DNA of 61,448 nucleotides, counting the filler, from Anaerolineae bacterium (GTDB taxonomy: Bacteria > Chloroflexota > Anaerolineae > Epilineales > Epilineaceae), in assembly GCA_029262755.1 (NCBI GenBank). It is 5 parts of 5 records of this genome, joined end to end, with 100 filler letters (N's around TTAATTAATTAA, not from the genome) between each part and the next. Parts side by side here need not be neighbours in the genome. Positions count along the whole stretch, not along the records: positions 58,209 to 61,448 come from JAJCYU010000152.1; 4 more parts are not named here. One strand, 5' to 3'. Position 1 is the stretch's first letter. Each line of letters begins with the position of its first letter. Under the pieces are notes generated by a model. It did not search any database. It worked only from the letters and a program-made list of their open reading frames with translations, and was not told the DNA's origin. A program made the translations under genes and the position numbers. Shown here in pieces: positions 58,756-61,448 of this stretch.

Positions 58756-59562
58756 ATGTCAGAATTTACTGATGAACAGATAGATAGATATTCAAGGCAC
58801 ATAATTTTGCCTGAAGTGGGAGGGAAGGGGCAGAAAAAGTTGCTTGAATCCAAGGTGTTCCTGGTTGGTGCAGGAGGGCTGGGTTCTCCCGCAGCGTTTT
58901 ATCTTGCTGCCGCAGGTATTGGCAAGATTGGAATTGCTGACAATGATAACGTTGATTTTTCAAATCTTCAGCGGCAAATATTACATTCAACCAAGGATGT
59001 TAATTATCCTAAAGCTCAGTCTGCAAAAGAAACTATTGAGGATTTAAATCCGGATGTTGAAGTGGTGCCTTATACAGACCGCCTTAATTCAGAAAATATC
59101 ATTGATATTATCAAATATTATGATGTGATTCTAGATGGTTCAGACAACTTTCCAACCAGATACCTGGTGAACGATGCATGTGTTATGCTCGGTAAGCCTT
59201 TATCACACGGTGCTATTTTCAGGTTTGATGGCCAGGCAACGACTATTATGCCGGGTGAGGGTCCATGCTATCGTTGTCTTTACGAGACGCCGCCTCCACC
59301 TGATCTGGTTCCTTCATGCCAGGAAGCCGGAGTACTTGGAGTAATTGCCGGAACCATAGGGGTTATTCAGGCAACTGAGGTTATTAAGTTAATTCTTGGT
59401 AAAGGAGAACTTCTTAATGGTAAACTTCTTCTTTATGATTCACTTGGAATGAATTTCAGAAAATTAAACATACGGCGCAATCCTGATTGCCCAATTTGTA
59501 GTGAAAATCCTACAATAAAGGAACTGATAGACTACGAAGAGTTTTGTCAGGTACATTTTTAA
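58756..59562 (+). CDS. moeB: MoeB/ThiF-family adenylyltransferase
   Basis: RYSRHII, GAGGLGSP, SNLQRQ, PCYRC, SCQEAGVLG, CPIC. Confidence 0.88.
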   Translation: MSEFTDEQIDRYSRHIILPEVGGKGQKKLLESKVFLVGAGGLGSPAAFYLAAAGIGKIGIADNDNVDFSNLQRQILHSTKDVNYPKAQSAKETIEDLNPDVEVVPYTDRLNSENIIDIIKYYDVILDGSDNFPTRYLVNDACVMLGKPLSHGAIFRFDGQATTIMPGEGPCYRCLYETPPPPDLVPSCQEAGVLGVIAGTIGVIQATEVIKLILGKGELLNGKLLLYDSLGMNFRKLNIRRNPDCPICSENPTIKELIDYEEFCQVHF

Positions 59563-59742
59563 TAAACTGTAGAGTTTGATTAAATAGTAAATTAACATTC
59601 CGCATATTCCCTATTAATTCAATGTATCCAATCATACCATAAACACCCCTTTGGTCATAATCAATCCAACTGTCACTGGTATCATTCCTTAAAATCATTT
59701 ACGTATGCGACTTACAATAGCAGTTCTGGTATTATAGCCTTT

Positions 59743-61215
59743 ATGGAAAATATGGCACTTCTCGATACGGCTGGTATTGTTTTTATGGGAGTTTATTTGG
59801 CTTCTCTACTCTTGATAGGTGTTGCCGGCAGGTTTGCACGCAAGGAAAATTCTCTGTCAGACTTTTATTTGGGTGGGCGCGGCATGGGACTGTTCGTTCT
59901 CTTCCTCACTCTTTATGCAACCCAATATAGTGGTAACACCCTGATTGGGATGGCTGGATCTGCATACAGGCAGGGTTATGTCTTCTTCGTAAGTGTTCTA
60001 TTTATGATGTCAGTCATTGGAGCATATCTGATTTATGCTCCAAAGCTTCAACGTCTCTCAAAAAAGTATGGGTATATTACAGTAGGGGACTATGTACAGC
60101 ACAGGTTCAGATCTCCGGTCTTGACAGTTTTTATTACCATAGTTTGTATAGTCGCAGTTGGCAGTTATATACTAACGAACCTGAAGGCAATTGGTTATAT
60201 AGTGGAAGTATCCACAGGAGGCCGTGTAACCTTTGTGCAGGGAATAATTGCGTTGTCACTGGTTATGGTGATTTATGAGACACTTGGTGGTATGCGTAGT
60301 GTTGCCTGGACTGATGCGATTCAGGGTATCTTGCTGATTATGGGGTGTATATTTATATTTTGTGGAATTGAATACCAATATGGAGGGATATCTAAAGTAG
60401 CAGAAACCCTTGTAACATCACGACCGGATCTCTGGCATCCCCCTGATGCTGAACAAAAACGATTATGGCTTAGTACAATAATAATCATATTATTTGGTAT
60501 CTCAATCTATCCGCAGGCTATTCAACGCATCTATGCCGCAAAAGATGCAAAGACCCTGAGACGCTCGTTCCAGATAATGGTTTTTATGCCTATCGTAACG
60601 ACTTTTTTTCTGGTCATGGTAGGTATAGTTGGCCTGGCCAGATTTCCTGGTCTTGACAAGCAGGGCAGTGAAGAGATTACTTTGCTTTTATTAAATGATA
60701 TGTCTGTCCATATTCCGGGAGTAAAATATTTTATCATCCTCTTTCTTTCTGCTGCGGTTGCTGCCATAATGTCTACAGTGGATTCTGCACTTCTTGCGAT
60801 CTCATCACTATTTACACAGGATATATACAGGCGGATTCGCCCCACAGCATCCCAATCTAACCTGACAGGAACCGGCAAGATATTTTCATGGATCTTAATG
60901 GCCTGTATGGCTGATTTAGCTATCAATATTCCACAGACAATCTGGAGATTGACAGAGATTAAACTTGAAATACTGTGCCAGGTAGCACCTGCCATTTTTC
61001 TGGGATTACATATTAAACAACTACATGGCAGATCAATTCTGTTAGGGCTTTCAGTTGGTATCTTTTTTACGTTATTTATTATGCTCTCTAATTCAATTGG
61101 GGTACCCATTGAGCCAAAGCCATGGGGAATACATGCGGGTGTGTGGGGTCTTGCGGCTAACTTTTCTATTGTTGGAATTACTTCTATTTACAAGAGAATG
61201 CCTGTGGCATGTTGA
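59743..61215 (+). CDS. Sodium:solute symporter family protein
   Basis: DFYLGGR, ATQYSG, GGMRSVAWTDAIQG, AAIMSTVDS. Confidence 0.93.
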   Translation: MENMALLDTAGIVFMGVYLASLLLIGVAGRFARKENSLSDFYLGGRGMGLFVLFLTLYATQYSGNTLIGMAGSAYRQGYVFFVSVLFMMSVIGAYLIYAPKLQRLSKKYGYITVGDYVQHRFRSPVLTVFITIVCIVAVGSYILTNLKAIGYIVEVSTGGRVTFVQGIIALSLVMVIYETLGGMRSVAWTDAIQGILLIMGCIFIFCGIEYQYGGISKVAETLVTSRPDLWHPPDAEQKRLWLSTIIIILFGISIYPQAIQRIYAAKDAKTLRRSFQIMVFMPIVTTFFLVMVGIVGLARFPGLDKQGSEEITLLLLNDMSVHIPGVKYFIILFLSAAVAAIMSTVDSALLAISSLFTQDIYRRIRPTASQSNLTGTGKIFSWILMACMADLAINIPQTIWRLTEIKLEILCQVAPAIFLGLHIKQLHGRSILLGLSVGIFFTLFIMLSNSIGVPIEPKPWGIHAGVWGLAANFSIVGITSIYKRMPVAC

Positions 61216-61281
61216 TTAGTACAATAAAATAATGTATATTTCAATGAAAGAAAATCAATTTAACATTACAGAAAAAAATCT

Positions 61282-61448
61282 ATGACAAAGTTCAGTGTGT
61301 GTTTAATATCTGCATTTCTTATTATTGCCTCTGTTCCATGGTTTTTTACAGAATTCAGGTCAGGTAATATTCTTGGATTTCCAACATGGGCCTTTTATAG
61401 CCTTTGTATAACGATATTATATGCAATAGTTACAGCCTGCTTTTTTCA
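61282..61448 (+). CDS. Small SSS-associated membrane protein (DUF997/DUF3311-like), partial
   Basis: MTKFSVCLISAFLIIASVPWFF..ILGFPTWAFYSL; runs off the window end. Confidence 0.55.
   Translation, partial: MTKFSVCLISAFLIIASVPWFFTEFRSGNILGFPTWAFYSLCITILYAIVTACFF

Overview
This window joins five contigs with artificial N(44)-TTAATTAATTAA-N(44) spacers at 18743-18842, 33931-34030, 53689-53788 and 58109-58208. Contigs 1-4 are high-GC and look like a Chloroflexota (Anaerolineae-like) genome. That assignment is inferred from multiple GT39-type glycosyltransferases, C-terminal 'LPxxxR' motifs on secreted proteins and a short EF-Ts. Contig 1 holds envelope glycosylation genes (two GT39/PMT-like, a membrane-anchored clan GH-A hydrolase, a GT9), rpsU, and an accessory patch with two decaying MNT-HEPN toxin-antitoxin pairs. 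Contig 2 holds an unusual secreted Tyr/Asn/Cys-rich precursor protein, a P-loop-less acyl-CoA-ligase homologue, the rpsB-tsf-pyrH-frr-uppS-cdsA cluster, a 7TM-sensor/HTH regulator without a kinase, a very large S8 protease and a partial carboxyltransferase. Contig 3 is a Wzc-dependent polysaccharide cluster with heptose genes (hddA, gmhA) and three SAM methyltransferases. Contig 4 carries chrA, an OmpR-family regulator, a HAL2-type nucleotidase and a partial DUF4397 protein. Contig 5 is AT-rich and encodes TolC (partial), MoeB and a sodium:solute symporter, so it probably comes from another, diderm organism. The best novelty candidate is the secreted precursor at 19226-20098: an acidic pro-domain followed by a cationic domain that is about 23% Tyr with 6 Cys. 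All product calls come from motif recognition; no database searches were run.
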